DNA from: a virus
IMG/VR virus record: IMGVR_UViG_3300030451_003654
Coordinates: 22,861 to 86,860 of that record
Direction: 5' to 3' (one strand)
Length of the DNA: 64,000 nt
Below the pieces are notes generated by a model, which was not told the origin of the DNA, searched no databases, and saw only the letters and a program-made list of their open reading frames with translations. Each line of letters opens with the position of its first letter. Positions within the stretch are counted from its first letter, which is position 1. Of the stretch, positions 11,601 through 21,091 are shown piece by piece. A program made the position numbers and the translations under genes.

Positions 11601-13272
11601 AAATACTAATAGTATTACTTCCGTGATATGAAAATGAAGGTATATTACTTAAAGACATATATTTATGCAATTCATTAACAGAACTAATATTAAGCCTTGT
11701 ACCTGTTAATTGTCCACCTTTTAATTGAATTTCTAATCTATTATATAAATTACCATCAATGTTAGAATCATATTTAAAGTTAGATAATTCTGTACTCCAT
11801 TCCTTTCTAAAATAATTTTCATTATTTAATGTAATTGGGAAATTACTACTTTGCCAAAATTTATCTGTTGTCTTTCTCCAATATGCTATCGGTAATGACC
11901 CTTGATAATAGTTATTAGTTGAATCTAATGTAGGCGTTTCAAGTGGGTCTGAATCTAATATAAAGAAATAATTTTGTATTCTAATAATTGCTGTATTACC
12001 GCTTGCATCTTCAATAATTTCTGAACCATCTACATTAGCAAACATATCAGGTGATTGTATATTGGTAACCACAATAGCCGATGTTCCTGCTGTTATAGAT
12101 GCTAATCCCTCTAATTGTGCAGTATGAGAATTGGTTAAATTGTCTTCAAACATTACCTGCCTTACCTTTAAATCATCATATAAATTAATTTTTTCATCAA
12201 TAATTTTACTTGTATCTACTAATGTAATTTGTCCAAAAGAACCTACTTTATTAATAGTTTTACTAATATCTAAATCAATAACAACAGGCATAAAATTAGC
12301 AATTTCGAGTGAGTCATTATATGTAATATATCTTTTAGGTCCTCTATATGCACCTGCTTGGTCTAATATACCTCTATTAATATTTACAAAACAATCATCC
12401 CAAGATGTTAAATCAACAGTATATGTACCATGATTTCCTGTTCCTCCTAAATCAGATACAATACTTTGATTAGATGAATTAATTTCATCTTTATTTTTAA
12501 GATTATCAACTAAATTAACTTGATAAGTAAATGGTGATTTATCTATCACCCTTTGACTACTATTAGATTCTGTAACAAAATGAGTTGTAATAGGACTTAC
12601 TTGGTTATTTAATTTCAGTAGTTTATATTTAGTAGAATAATCTAATTGGTTTTTGATATTAAGTCTATCATTGTAAAAATAAAATATAGGACTACTAGCG
12701 GTTGTTCTACTAAAATATCTTCCTACATTTGAATTACCTAAGACTCCAAAACTTACCGCTACTGTTTCTGTTTCTGTTTTTAGAGGTCCTTTATAAATAG
12801 CATATTTAATCCCTTTTACATTATCTATTTTAGTCTTAGGGCTAAATTCAAAGGCATCATTAGGTGCATCATATTGTATCTGTTCTGTGATTTTTGCAAC
12901 ATGTGTTTTATTTCTGTGAGTTTCAAAATGACCTGAAGTAAATGCTTCAGTAGAATATATTACTACAAAGTAATCATATAGTGGGTCTAAGGTTAAGGTT
13001 TGTCCGACAGGTAATTTTAATTGATATGATTTTGTATTTACAGGATTTTCTAAAATATCGTTTATTGATTGTTCTGAAGGAAGATGTCTGTTAATTATAC
13101 CTACGCCTGTTGGATTTTGAGCGTTGTGCTTTGTGGTTATTGTATATGATGATAAACTCCATTGTGTTTCTGTTCTTGTATCTACAATAACAGGATTAGT
13201 AGATACATCATATCCCGCATCTCCAGCAGAAGAATAAGAAGTTTTACCCTTTTTAAGTGCATAAAATGACAT
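5674..13272 (-). CDS. Giant tail tip / baseplate hub protein (2532 aa)
   Basis: Hub-like motifs (LFNGSVEHIE...IKGRD; NNVIVYG...ETDLSLTT...LEVGDIIKL) flanking a large beta-rich insertion; position after tape measure and distal tail genes. Confidence 0.7.
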   Translation of the reverse strand: MSFYALKKGKTSYSSAGDAGYDVSTNPVIVDTRTETQWSLSSYTITTKHNAQNPTGVGIINRHLPSEQSINDILENPVNTKSYQLKLPVGQTLTLDPLYDYFVVIYSTEAFTSGHFETHRNKTHVAKITEQIQYDAPNDAFEFSPKTKIDNVKGIKYAIYKGPLKTETETVAVSFGVLGNSNVGRYFSRTTASSPIFYFYNDRLNIKNQLDYSTKYKLLKLNNQVSPITTHFVTESNSSQRVIDKSPFTYQVNLVDNLKNKDEINSSNQSIVSDLGGTGNHGTYTVDLTSWDDCFVNINRGILDQAGAYRGPKRYITYNDSLEIANFMPVVIDLDISKTINKVGSFGQITLVDTSKIIDEKINLYDDLKVRQVMFEDNLTNSHTAQLEGLASITAGTSAIVVTNIQSPDMFANVDGSEIIEDASGNTAIIRIQNYFFILDSDPLETPTLDSTNNYYQGSLPIAYWRKTTDKFWQSSNFPITLNNENYFRKEWSTELSNFKYDSNIDGNLYNRLEIQLKGGQLTGTRLNISSVNELHKYMSLSNIPSFSYHGSNTISILDYFSGSAIIDKILFNGSVEHIEDELNSSGQLIYNIKGRDDIHKLLGPIINKSYLHSSDYIYSTEHPIQDIRETNVGLVSNTSFSLSGIFPGDTGATQYLGGDHTTWTYGTKLYTSDGRFIAAVKEVNVNAITFIEPARCYYPKSSLIHVATSDYIISGTGIETNKDATKYANNIKNAADKGLYFTAGKTHPSYGNETTLVEKAGTTGSLSLGYDINSPTNVNNDNEFLFRLSTEGATNTYHSINTISSLTNYDIVSVSGAENEEKVITISPVSPFLLGRVDANTSDNRYTNSAGLYLINTQSLTNGGLVNLVHNKTHTTPNNRKAIAINRNENNIFGNPIFKYIDLQNSTNLYKIDYIINETNYGSPTNNNQYSRIKPTYIKYATSYKFKESLTITNSSDVVTSSSPTIYAPMSEFNNLLNNTLKSSLSDGTETMLIKPPEARGHKTFLGSLCADFTYYDNSKSNTKPILANTLYTGNEVLPLVDYSLFINNVGFFFYRNSAYPNVWSNTSDVKYNFEITDPKGLFYHIFAPCDIYNDSINNENHIGYSGHNFNFSDFGLTLISKGSDIASNISHSEYHGKGVSTEKTSNDYSYSPIINSSISPQNIKRASLGRLVEIGFDMSFNIIDMENIETSGYEYTGLSYRDDYQIIRLAHKSPIKISENVTVGETNIYVSTGNWFQDFNDGQFADLDHGYDVLFKNTGEMLGIVHSSISGKITPNDLVGAITTNVSDATDGTYTNVSSTTDGIGTGLIMTVVVSGGAVTSIFTINDANRGQDYEIGDTVTFAAAGIGSPSNDLVLTLRDGDTRNRVRLITRSNLNSFSQGFHGLRHTLGGDFMMTTDQRCNSLRFPANGNADGALVPMAVDDDIYVMRVQLKDASGTRDKDRLSKTSFTPFNTVFKYGSFGNNWRPNIEGLLASNAGLIRDNRYIQMHHNTAYLRFSLFPEQNTAVGETTYFSEKGKHWGDTVEMFYIFNLASADWSTTSFDGAGHTFNVDIDLPKVYLPFVFAGYYLWSDNTAFDFGLEAKSFAGAKRLHPFATTHRYKEVGGTGSATSMDRGDRSYVGGTFNYMQSDSTSACNNGDNSIEVLDTSVYQVKDMIYYLENDDIKRPRFIGMVQAIDTANSELDLFSAYAGRNLSSGTRIYRHDPHYKTYYHPSRLMQVFEEGNNTVVSGLNIKYGIKTYTSSGDNLNHGGLYSSGYFTLLHQKPIQGSFKNNKHLTAGASFSIQTEIDGFSNGMNYGWAFPHNQSTSLVKSGGTVYQSDMFAEHYNDGNGAQQDAVFSWHFPILSCSQFWAPHRYSTEFTKNISSSRGVEDNILAGLFAFKPHLLLHDADTGIIVSNVDADFSSEDRFKLMDNGDIRQITIDFSTGVFKNNWLQFSPNLTGLYLVSNVTIAGEDTANTQFSAPSVVSLKMPGEYNPSTYEWTPLTNANYFKAKHVIPAHIHQILKHEITFSTDGQQIHNIWIDNAGTVDVTMQGYRVMKLSDTCFYDFSPKEIFLNSLSTRYSKHPTKNETLENIPKINVSGKKQETFKVDSGGTAVNATQLVGNEIVEEEGMAGTADGILSMYVLLDPEPISSSYPLLRNKATILEKFPEGSYNLTLNDGINKYNTLMNMSNEIIDDGNHSSSGMTKITFNEIKEMKGLVSLGETFDITVPAFVNTQNIESAKIGTTFNIGQEIENIINDLFEINDITYTKKEISEKYFASPTFNGSDLYNALLYISRYKNLEPIVINKNVKIRKINDEDDIVDVTLTEGESQITSTSRNKTMFDLYNNVIVYGNGVRGLKSDNKSIKEVGIKTLEETDLSLTTQKQVDERALDLLRLHNNDNNQINITIGDEGTEHLEVGDIIKLDYPSLNIRVGRYMILAINHRIGKLPVYSLGYYNKNLFYRIAEVIASGKKVSSEIRGTEFVESAEIFDSITGVKIKELEIQIDEVGLAPEQTLGFNTTLGFNTPLGFIGSAGSITNLMREDLA

Positions 13273-14354
13273 TATCTTTCAGCCTCCTCAAATGTTAAAT
13301 ATAATTTTAGTGTTTTTCTTTGCGGGAATAATGTATATATTGAAGGGAAATCTGTAATTAAATCATCATTAAACGCTAATTCATGTATTTCTCCCATAAA
13401 TTGAGTTGTTCTTGGAATAGCAGCGTTTGGGTTTTGTCCGATATAAATAGAAGTATCTGAAAAATTAAAGTCTGTTTCAATATCATTTCTTCTATCTTTA
13501 TGTCTTTTTGTAGTGACTAAAGAACCATTAAGGAATATACTCATTAGACCTGTTGCATTATTAAATGAAGCAGCAATATGATAATTACCTAAAACATATA
13601 AAGGCTCTTTTAAAGGTTCAGCAAATATTTTAAAATTATTATTATTATTATATCCTACTCTATCATATACTCCGCTAAGATGAATACCTGTTGTACCTGT
13701 TACATCTATTTGTTCAACACTTCCCATTAAATTATTTTCAATATCGTATAACAAATCTCCTACGACAAAATTATTTGCGGATGAAGCAGACATTGATAAA
13801 AAAGTATCATAAGAACTGCTTTGTATTGCTGTACCTGCACCGTTAAGAATATGTCTTCTAATGGTTTGAAATCCCTCATACATATCATTTATATTATTCA
13901 TATTAGTATGATTTGATACAGGTACAATAATATTGTTTGTATATAATGTATCATTGTTTGCAATTTTAACTCTAAAACCTATTTGATATTCGGCTGGATT
14001 ATTATTAGTATTTACAGTATTATTTTGTAAAAATATTTCTACATTATCTGAATAAAATAAAGTCATTTTTTGATTTATTCTTTGTGCGTTTGGTAAATAT
14101 AAACTACTTTGATTTGAAGCATTTGCATGAGAAGGCATAGTTTTATCAGAATCATAAACTATATTTTTAATGTTACCATTGCAATCATAGGGAGTAACAA
14201 TAGTTTGAAATGTAAATGAATCAGATATTTCCCAAATACCATATGGGTTATTATTTGGTACATTAGATGTATATGGAATAGTAATATACCCATCAGACAT
14301 AACAGGAAATTTTAATGATTTCCTATTACCAATATAAGTATTATAATTAACCAT
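13272..14354 (-). CDS. LamG/concanavalin A-like virion protein
   Basis: FTFQTIVTP...YHIAASFN...IFLNG...IYIG...FMGEIHEL pattern. Confidence 0.7.
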   Translation of the reverse strand: MVNYNTYIGNRKSLKFPVMSDGYITIPYTSNVPNNNPYGIWEISDSFTFQTIVTPYDCNGNIKNIVYDSDKTMPSHANASNQSSLYLPNAQRINQKMTLFYSDNVEIFLQNNTVNTNNNPAEYQIGFRVKIANNDTLYTNNIIVPVSNHTNMNNINDMYEGFQTIRRHILNGAGTAIQSSSYDTFLSMSASSANNFVVGDLLYDIENNLMGSVEQIDVTGTTGIHLSGVYDRVGYNNNNNFKIFAEPLKEPLYVLGNYHIAASFNNATGLMSIFLNGSLVTTKRHKDRRNDIETDFNFSDTSIYIGQNPNAAIPRTTQFMGEIHELAFNDDLITDFPSIYTLFPQRKTLKLYLTFEEAER

Positions 14355-14359
14355 TTAAT

Positions 14360-15370
14360 TCACCCAATAATTGCCGCTACCTCAAAATCAAGCGTGAAAG
14401 TGATATATGGTAATCCAGCCTGTATCTGTGTATTAAAGTTTCTGATAAAGCCCTTTACTCCTCTTACATTAGAATCGGAATGTATAGGTGAAGGAAAATT
14501 AGTGAAAGGCTTACCGTCATCTCCTTCGGGATAAAATTGGTAAATACTTCCTCTATTATCTTGCGACCTTACCTTATATGTGAATGGAATAAGGGGTAAA
14601 TCGTCAATACTTGTAAAAGTTGTAGGATTAGCCACCTGTGCTTCGCTGAGAGAGTCGTGGTATCTATATCTACCATCAACCCTTGAAGGCATAAGAATAA
14701 TTAACTCATTCATTGTTTGGTAATTCTGCAATCCTGATGAGTCAGCATGAGAGTGTATTAACTGTGCAATTTCAAAAGCGGTCATATATACTGAAGGGTT
14801 CTTAACTAACCCTGTTGTTTTCTTAAATTCTTTAGTAATGAATTGGTCTGTTATAGTACCTGATATATTTATTGATTTTGAAGCCATACCTAAATCTAAT
14901 GCAAGAGTTTGTGCTTCTCCTGTAATAGCAGCAACACCTGGAATTGGTACAGTAGGAACAGTTTTTGATGTAGTTATACCAACAGAATCAGCCTTGAGAC
15001 CTATTCTATTTGTGGAGAAAAACTCTTCAGTTAAACCCTTTGCATCTCTCGCACCTAAATTTAAAAATACAAAATGTTGTGCGCTTGATGTATTGTCGGT
15101 ACTTATATTATAATTGATAGAACTATTATTCCATAGTACTTGTCCACTTGTTAAAATAACTCCTATAAAAGAACTTTCATCTGTTATATTTTGAACTGTT
15201 GTAATTGTAGTAGCAGTAATTAATCTAATACTATATGTTCCTGTATTATTAGTTGATTGAAATATTGTTATTGTATCTCCTACTTCAAAACCATCAGAAA
15301 TAAAACTACCTGATGTTCTTGTGATTACATTGTTTGTAATTGATAAAGTTACATTACCTGTTTGTGTCAT
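14360..15370 (-). CDS. Distal tail protein-like
   Basis: Immediately downstream of tape measure; INISGTI and FTLDFEV tube-like strands. Confidence 0.5.
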   Translation of the reverse strand: MTQTGNVTLSITNNVITRTSGSFISDGFEVGDTITIFQSTNNTGTYSIRLITATTITTVQNITDESSFIGVILTSGQVLWNNSSINYNISTDNTSSAQHFVFLNLGARDAKGLTEEFFSTNRIGLKADSVGITTSKTVPTVPIPGVAAITGEAQTLALDLGMASKSINISGTITDQFITKEFKKTTGLVKNPSVYMTAFEIAQLIHSHADSSGLQNYQTMNELIILMPSRVDGRYRYHDSLSEAQVANPTTFTSIDDLPLIPFTYKVRSQDNRGSIYQFYPEGDDGKPFTNFPSPIHSDSNVRGVKGFIRNFNTQIQAGLPYITFTLDFEVAAIIG

Positions 15371-15375
15371 TTAAA

Positions 15376-17328
15376 TCAAATCCTTGTTCCTGATGAGGTT
15401 GTTCTATTAACTTCTAAAGATATTAATCTACCAACCTTATTAGCAATATCTCTTAATTCAGCATCTGAAGCACCGACTCTTCCTTGTACATTTACAGTAA
15501 TATTATTTGTAGAACCTGCTGCAATTTGTCTTGAATCATTATTACTATATACATGAGAACCTCTTGGTAAATTAACTAATTCAGGACCTTTTTCTCCTAC
15601 AACAGTTAATCCGCTTGCTGGTCCACCCATTGCTTTACCATCAATCATACTTGCTACTCCACCTATTAATGCTAAAACTAAAAGTACTACCGCTACAATT
15701 GGTCCTGAAGTTAAAGCAGCAATTGTTATAGAAGCGACATACCAAGCAGCAAATATAATTCCTACAAATCCTACAAGTTTTAAAAATCCTTTAAGACCTT
15801 GCTCTTTAAAGTAATCTTTCATAAAACCAAATAAAGCATATCCTACTGCTTTAAGTAATTCAAATACTACAATACCTGCCCCTATTGCTAACTCTAATAA
15901 AAATCCACCTAAACTCATTATTAGTTTAATACCTGAAGAAACAAAATCGCCATCTGCTGAAAATATATCAGAAATAAATTGAATTAAATCAGCAATAACT
16001 ACTGCACCTGCTTCTAATAAACCACTTAATACAGTCATTACAACGCCTCCTACTTCAAATACTTTCTTCACTAATAAGATAATATAATCAATTACACCTA
16101 AACTCTTTAATGTTATCAATAATAAAATTATAAGACCTGCTATAAGGAAAAATTGCACAAAGAATAATGTTGCTTTACCTAATAATTGCATTATTGCTTT
16201 ACCTGATGAAGCACCTTTTAAGAAACTTTGAAATGTATTCTTTTGTCGCCAAAGATATAATTTTAACATATGTCTTTTTTGCCATGCTCTATATATTTTT
16301 TCAGCCTTAGTACCTTTAAATATTCCTTCTAAGAAACCTGTTTGTTTTGCACCTGTTGAATCAAAACCTGTTATACCACCTGCTGCATTTTTATTAGCGA
16401 CTATTCCTTCTCCCTGTAAATCAGATTCAAGACTTGCAGCCTTCTCTTCTAATTTCTTTTTATCTTCATCAATTTTATCTTTTAACTCTTGTAGTTTTTT
16501 CTTTTCATCTTCATCAGTAGCGTTAGCAATATCTCTTTGCAAATCAGTATATTTACGAGTAAGTAAAATATATTCTTGTTGAGTATCTTGTAGCATACCT
16601 GCTAATTTTAATTGTTCGTCATTCATCTCTTGTAAATTATCTTTAGAAATAATAAGACCTTTATTGTAATCGTCTAATTTATCTTGTAATTCGCTTTGTC
16701 TATCTAAATGTTCTTGACTTGCATTAGCAATTTGACTAATATAATTAATTTCATCTTCCATCATTTGCATTCTTTTAAATTGATTTCTCAATTCTTTTGC
16801 TCTTGTATTATTTAAAGATTCACTAAACTCAGCAGCCTTTCCTTCAGCAGTTTCTGTTCTTTCTACTAATTTAAGAATTGCTTGACGAGTACCATATCTT
16901 TTCTGTAATACTTTAAAATATTTAGAACCAAAAATATTTCTTTTATCTTCTAAAGATGCTGTACCATCTAAAATACCTTTAAGTGCTTCTTGGGTTTTTA
17001 ATACCGTTCTAAGATTATCATCTGTTTCAGCAACCCTATTAGTTAATTCAGTTTCAGCCTTAATTCTATTTTCTTGTAGTTTTTGTTGAAATTGTAAAGC
17101 GTTTGAAAAAGCCTTAACCTTATTCTGAATTTTCCAAAACCCTGTACCTGAAAAGAAACGGGCTAAAGCAATCCACGCTTGACCCGTAGCAGTAGAATTT
17201 TTTGTTATATCAATAAATCCTTGTAAAGCACCTTTTTCTAATTTTCCTATTTCTTCTAATGATTTTGAAACTTTGTCAAGATTATATGCCATATCTTTGG
17301 TAACCTTAACATAAGTTTCTCCCGTCAT
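15376..17328 (-). CDS. Tail tape measure protein
   Basis: Coiled-coil region, hydrophobic segment, C-terminal GGP...VGEKGPELV motif; follows the chaperone gene. Confidence 0.85.
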   Translation of the reverse strand: MTGETYVKVTKDMAYNLDKVSKSLEEIGKLEKGALQGFIDITKNSTATGQAWIALARFFSGTGFWKIQNKVKAFSNALQFQQKLQENRIKAETELTNRVAETDDNLRTVLKTQEALKGILDGTASLEDKRNIFGSKYFKVLQKRYGTRQAILKLVERTETAEGKAAEFSESLNNTRAKELRNQFKRMQMMEDEINYISQIANASQEHLDRQSELQDKLDDYNKGLIISKDNLQEMNDEQLKLAGMLQDTQQEYILLTRKYTDLQRDIANATDEDEKKKLQELKDKIDEDKKKLEEKAASLESDLQGEGIVANKNAAGGITGFDSTGAKQTGFLEGIFKGTKAEKIYRAWQKRHMLKLYLWRQKNTFQSFLKGASSGKAIMQLLGKATLFFVQFFLIAGLIILLLITLKSLGVIDYIILLVKKVFEVGGVVMTVLSGLLEAGAVVIADLIQFISDIFSADGDFVSSGIKLIMSLGGFLLELAIGAGIVVFELLKAVGYALFGFMKDYFKEQGLKGFLKLVGFVGIIFAAWYVASITIAALTSGPIVAVVLLVLALIGGVASMIDGKAMGGPASGLTVVGEKGPELVNLPRGSHVYSNNDSRQIAAGSTNNITVNVQGRVGASDAELRDIANKVGRLISLEVNRTTSSGTRI

Positions 17329-17552
17329 TAGAATTTCCCACCTGTTTTATGTTTGTTTATTTCATCGAGTTTCATATGCTCGATTTCAGCATGAACCAAC
17401 AGAAGGTCAGTTATTAGACTTACAGGTAAATCCATAGCAACATCAGGGCTAATGTTTAATTCCTTTGATAGAGTATAATATGTTATTGCATGTGCTACTC
17501 TTGGATTTTTGATTTCGCCCCTTCTTACTGCCCTTCTGAATTCGCTTTTAAA
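17328..17552 (-). CDS. -1 frameshift extension of tail assembly chaperone (GT-type product)
   Basis: Slippery T TTA AAA at 17546-17552; the -1 frame is open for 74 codons (KSEFRRAVRRGEIKNPRVAHAITYYTLSKELNISPDVAMDLP...) and its TAA overlaps the TMP ATG. Confidence 0.8.
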   Translation of the reverse strand, partial: FKSEFRRAVRRGEIKNPRVAHAITYYTLSKELNISPDVAMDLPVSLITDLLLVHAEIEHMKLDEINKHKTGGKF

Positions 17553-17905
17553 TTATCATCAACCTCCACGACACTAAAAGGGTCAGGCAAAATAGCCTTA
17601 ATCTGTTGTCCGACATAAGGATTGATTCTTAACAAATCAATAGGACTCAACATAGGTTCAGTCTTTTCTACAAATGCCTCAAATAAATATCTATATACTT
17701 CAGTCATATCAAATGATACATCTTGTGCTTGCATATTGACATTAAATAGTTTCATCTGCGCTTGCTCTAATTGAAAGAATGTGGGTTCTTTAACCCAAAT
17801 CTTCATGTATTCTTCTTCATTAGGGTCAATTCTTACATAGTGTAAAACGCTTTCTACTCTTGTCAATAATTTACCTTTCTCCGTTATAATTTTCTTTTGT
17901 TCCAT
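17525..17905 (-). CDS. Tail assembly chaperone (G-type)
   Basis: Between tail tube and TMP; slippery site near the 3' end; RBS GGTGA before ATG 17905. Confidence 0.8.
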   Translation of the reverse strand: MEQKKIITEKGKLLTRVESVLHYVRIDPNEEEYMKIWVKEPTFFQLEQAQMKLFNVNMQAQDVSFDMTEVYRYLFEAFVEKTEPMLSPIDLLRINPYVGQQIKAILPDPFSVVEVDDNLKANSEGQ

Positions 17906-17950
17906 AATATTCACCTTTTTTCATAATTCTCACCGACTATATCTTAATTA

Positions 17951-20221
17951 TCATGATTGCATAACCCAATGGGTAGTAGCATTCAATGTTCCAACTCTAA
18001 GAGGCATGATAGTAAAATCAACTTGTACAGGTCCTCTATCATCTTGAATGGGCCAAGTAGCCGCACTAATAAGATAATCATCGAATTCTAATCTAATCTG
18101 TTCACCGTTATCCTTTGTAAATAACAGTACTATTTTAGCGTTTGAGCCATCATCAGTTTCACCTAATGTAAATCTATGTGGACTTTGCCTTCTTAGTTCA
18201 TCAAAAATTCTTCTGTCTGTAACCAATGCTTGCATACTAATTTCGTATGTTCTTTGTCCAGGAACATATGATTTAATTTGCCTATTATATTGCCCAACAT
18301 ATCTTTTATCTGTAAGACTGTTTTGTACGCTAAGTGTAAAAGAAGAAACCTTTAGGAATTCTTGCCCAAATAAACTAATAGAACCATTAGAGAAAAAGAA
18401 TGGGTCAATAAATGATTGAGTAATATCACAATTTGTACCTGTTCCTCTACCTGTTTGTCCACCAAAGTTTAACAAATTCTTAAATTCTGAAGTATCGTTA
18501 TTTGTAGAATCATAACATTTACCTACATATCCGCCTTCCGCTTCAAAGACTCTCTTAACATTAAGATTTATAGTAGCCTTAACTTCTTCATTTTCATTTG
18601 CCGTTAATTGCATATCTGATACAACACAGCCTGGATATAATTGAGCATAAACACTTTCACTATATGAATTTCTATCAACCATTAAAGAACGACTTGTTCC
18701 ATCAAGTACTGAACCTTTTTGTGTTAGCATCTCTAAAGCAAAAGATGGTAGTTTGTTATCATTTCTTTCTCCAAAGGTATATGTAATTCCGTTATTTAAA
18801 GCACCATTATTTTCTGAAGGTAGTGTAACTAAATATGCTGAAGTGTTAGGAAGTAAAGGAGGACATAGTGTTTGTGTACCCTTTAATACTCTATGGAATT
18901 TACCATTTGATGAATGTCCACTTGATGCTCTATCTGTATCTGTGCCTGTATTTACACCTGCGTATAAAATGTGATTTGTTGGTGCTGAATCTACTGTTTG
19001 GAAATTATTAGTATGAGTTTTATCTCCACCATTGGTACTTGTAGCACTTGATAAATTACCAAACGCATAAAATAACCATGAACCATGATTTAGATTAACA
19101 TCAATACTTGCCGCACCTGCGGTTTCCATTCCTCTATATTGATAGGAGTAGTTTCTACTACCTGCTAATGAAAGATTCATTTGTTTTGTTTCTTGTTCAA
19201 TTTGTGGAATACCGATTGAGTTAGTTAATCCTACCCAATTATTAGATAATACTCTTGGTGAAACTTTGTAAAGTGCGGTAGCATCATCTCCATTTGATTG
19301 AATAGTTTTACCTAAGAAAATATGTTCAGTATCAGCAGGGTTATCGGTAGCAGCGATTAAAGCAACCTTAACTGATGGAGTAGAATCAAGAGAAATAACT
19401 CTACCTGCTTTTGTAGAAGAAGCCCCTACATCTGATGTATGAATACTTACCCAATCACCCGCAGTTAATGTACCTGTTAAATCTACTGAAGTATTAATAG
19501 TAGAAATTGTAACTGAAGCAAGTGTTGGAGTACCACTAACTGTTCCTAAAGAATTAGTAATAAGATGTAAATGTGTTGTAGATGTTGTAGGTTCAGTAAT
19601 TGTACTTGTTAGTGTACCACTTGTTGCTGATGTAATTACTCTACCTATTTCTACTCCTAATGAATTTCTAATAATATCTCCTACTACATATTTTTGTCCA
19701 TTACCGACAACAGAACCAAGTACTGCATCACCTTGATTTGTACTTGTTATAGCATTATCAATTAATTCATATGAGTGTGGTGCAGGAATAACTGAACCAT
19801 TGGCTTCTAAAATAATATAACCTCTTGGGTTTGAAGGTGTAGCATTTGTATCACTATTATATAATGAAGGATAATCAGCAATACTACCTGCAAAATAAAT
19901 TGCATCTGCATCATTACCTGCTACTATTGCACTAAATCTAAAAGTCGGTGCAGAACTATCATCAGAATAAAAGAATTTAGCAGTACAACCCGTATATAAA
20001 TCGGGTACTAATTCATAATAATCAGAAAACTTTTTAGTTGTTCCGACTGTTACATTTGTTCCATCTAACGCATATCCTAATGAATATTTAATTAAATGTG
20101 CTTTATTCGTTCCTGTTCTTCCTAAAGTTGGTCCTAAAGGCATATACCCTAAGAATAACTCGCTTTCTGGGGCTAAGGTAACCGATTGACCTGAACCCAT
20201 CCATACTTCTGTTGATACCAT
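17951..20221 (-). CDS. Major tail tube protein with large accessory insertions
   Basis: C-terminal tube-like motifs PSFALE...YPGCVVSDMQLTA...FTLSVQNSL...GQRTYEISM; upstream of the chaperone. Confidence 0.75.
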   Translation of the reverse strand: MVSTEVWMGSGQSVTLAPESELFLGYMPLGPTLGRTGTNKAHLIKYSLGYALDGTNVTVGTTKKFSDYYELVPDLYTGCTAKFFYSDDSSAPTFRFSAIVAGNDADAIYFAGSIADYPSLYNSDTNATPSNPRGYIILEANGSVIPAPHSYELIDNAITSTNQGDAVLGSVVGNGQKYVVGDIIRNSLGVEIGRVITSATSGTLTSTITEPTTSTTHLHLITNSLGTVSGTPTLASVTISTINTSVDLTGTLTAGDWVSIHTSDVGASSTKAGRVISLDSTPSVKVALIAATDNPADTEHIFLGKTIQSNGDDATALYKVSPRVLSNNWVGLTNSIGIPQIEQETKQMNLSLAGSRNYSYQYRGMETAGAASIDVNLNHGSWLFYAFGNLSSATSTNGGDKTHTNNFQTVDSAPTNHILYAGVNTGTDTDRASSGHSSNGKFHRVLKGTQTLCPPLLPNTSAYLVTLPSENNGALNNGITYTFGERNDNKLPSFALEMLTQKGSVLDGTSRSLMVDRNSYSESVYAQLYPGCVVSDMQLTANENEEVKATINLNVKRVFEAEGGYVGKCYDSTNNDTSEFKNLLNFGGQTGRGTGTNCDITQSFIDPFFFSNGSISLFGQEFLKVSSFTLSVQNSLTDKRYVGQYNRQIKSYVPGQRTYEISMQALVTDRRIFDELRRQSPHRFTLGETDDGSNAKIVLLFTKDNGEQIRLEFDDYLISAATWPIQDDRGPVQVDFTIMPLRVGTLNATTHWVMQS

Positions 20222-20250
20222 TTTTCTTCACCGTTTTATTTTACTTTTCC

Positions 20251-20883
20251 CTAACAACCTACGGGGGATGCTAATCGTTTCATAACAACATTCACTTTAT
20301 ATCCAAAAATTCTATTCTTTTTATCATTACTTTCTGTTCTATCATTTACAGTTATCATATTGATATTTTCATAAATTGATGAGCCTGTCTTATTCCAACC
20401 TCTTCTCCTTTGCTCAAGTATATATCTTACAAGTAAATAAAGACTACGGATTCTTTCAACACCAAAATTACTTGTAGGAGAAACTCTTGTATCATCATTT
20501 AGAATCCTATCGTCTTGTCTTGTTCTAATACTAATTGACATATTATAAGTTTCATTTCTATAATCATGTGCGTATGATGGATAATCAATACTATTACCTG
20601 TTTCTGAAATTACTATAATATCTTTTGAATAAATATATGTATCAGCATTTGTAGATTCTTTTTTACTTGCAGTATTAATTCTATTACCGCCTCTTGACCT
20701 ACCTTTTGTATCTACTGTTCTACCTGCTGATAAATCTCTAATGTCCATAATAATTGGATGTACTGCATGAACATCAGCAATATCTCCACAACCACCTGAA
20801 ACTTTTAATGCGTCAATAGCATCATTCCAATTTGAATCTAATAAATCTACAAGATATTCAGTTTCACTCACCAAACATAACAC
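20251..20883 (-). CDS. Neck/tail-completion protein (possible GTG start at 20871)
   Basis: Position between adaptor and tube genes; alpha/beta pattern. Confidence 0.5.
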   Translation of the reverse strand: MLCLVSETEYLVDLLDSNWNDAIDALKVSGGCGDIADVHAVHPIIMDIRDLSAGRTVDTKGRSRGGNRINTASKKESTNADTYIYSKDIIVISETGNSIDYPSYAHDYRNETYNMSISIRTRQDDRILNDDTRVSPTSNFGVERIRSLYLLVRYILEQRRRGWNKTGSSIYENINMITVNDRTESNDKKNRIFGYKVNVVMKRLASPVGC

Positions 20884-21091
20884 CTACCATTTCTTCAAAT
20901 AATGCTTTTTCTATTTCTTGCTTAACAATTTTTTCAACAATATTATCGGACATTTTTTCTCCTAAATATTCTTGAGTAATATCTTGCAAGTCTTGATTAT
21001 CGCTTATAATTTTTTCAACACGAGTTGGAATAGAATTAATTAAAGCCCTAACTTTATCAGACTGTTCCTTCGTAAATACCATCTCAATCAC
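20864..21091 (-). CDS. Hypothetical neck-region protein
   Basis: Overlaps both neighbours within the late operon. Confidence 0.5.
   Translation of the reverse strand: MIEMVFTKEQSDKVRALINSIPTRVEKIISDNQDLQDITQEYLGEKMSDNIVEKIVKQEIEKALFEEMVGVMFGE

Noticed and set aside
14239-14246. Additional CCATATGG copy
   Set aside because: Isolated and inside a coding region; compatible with chance.
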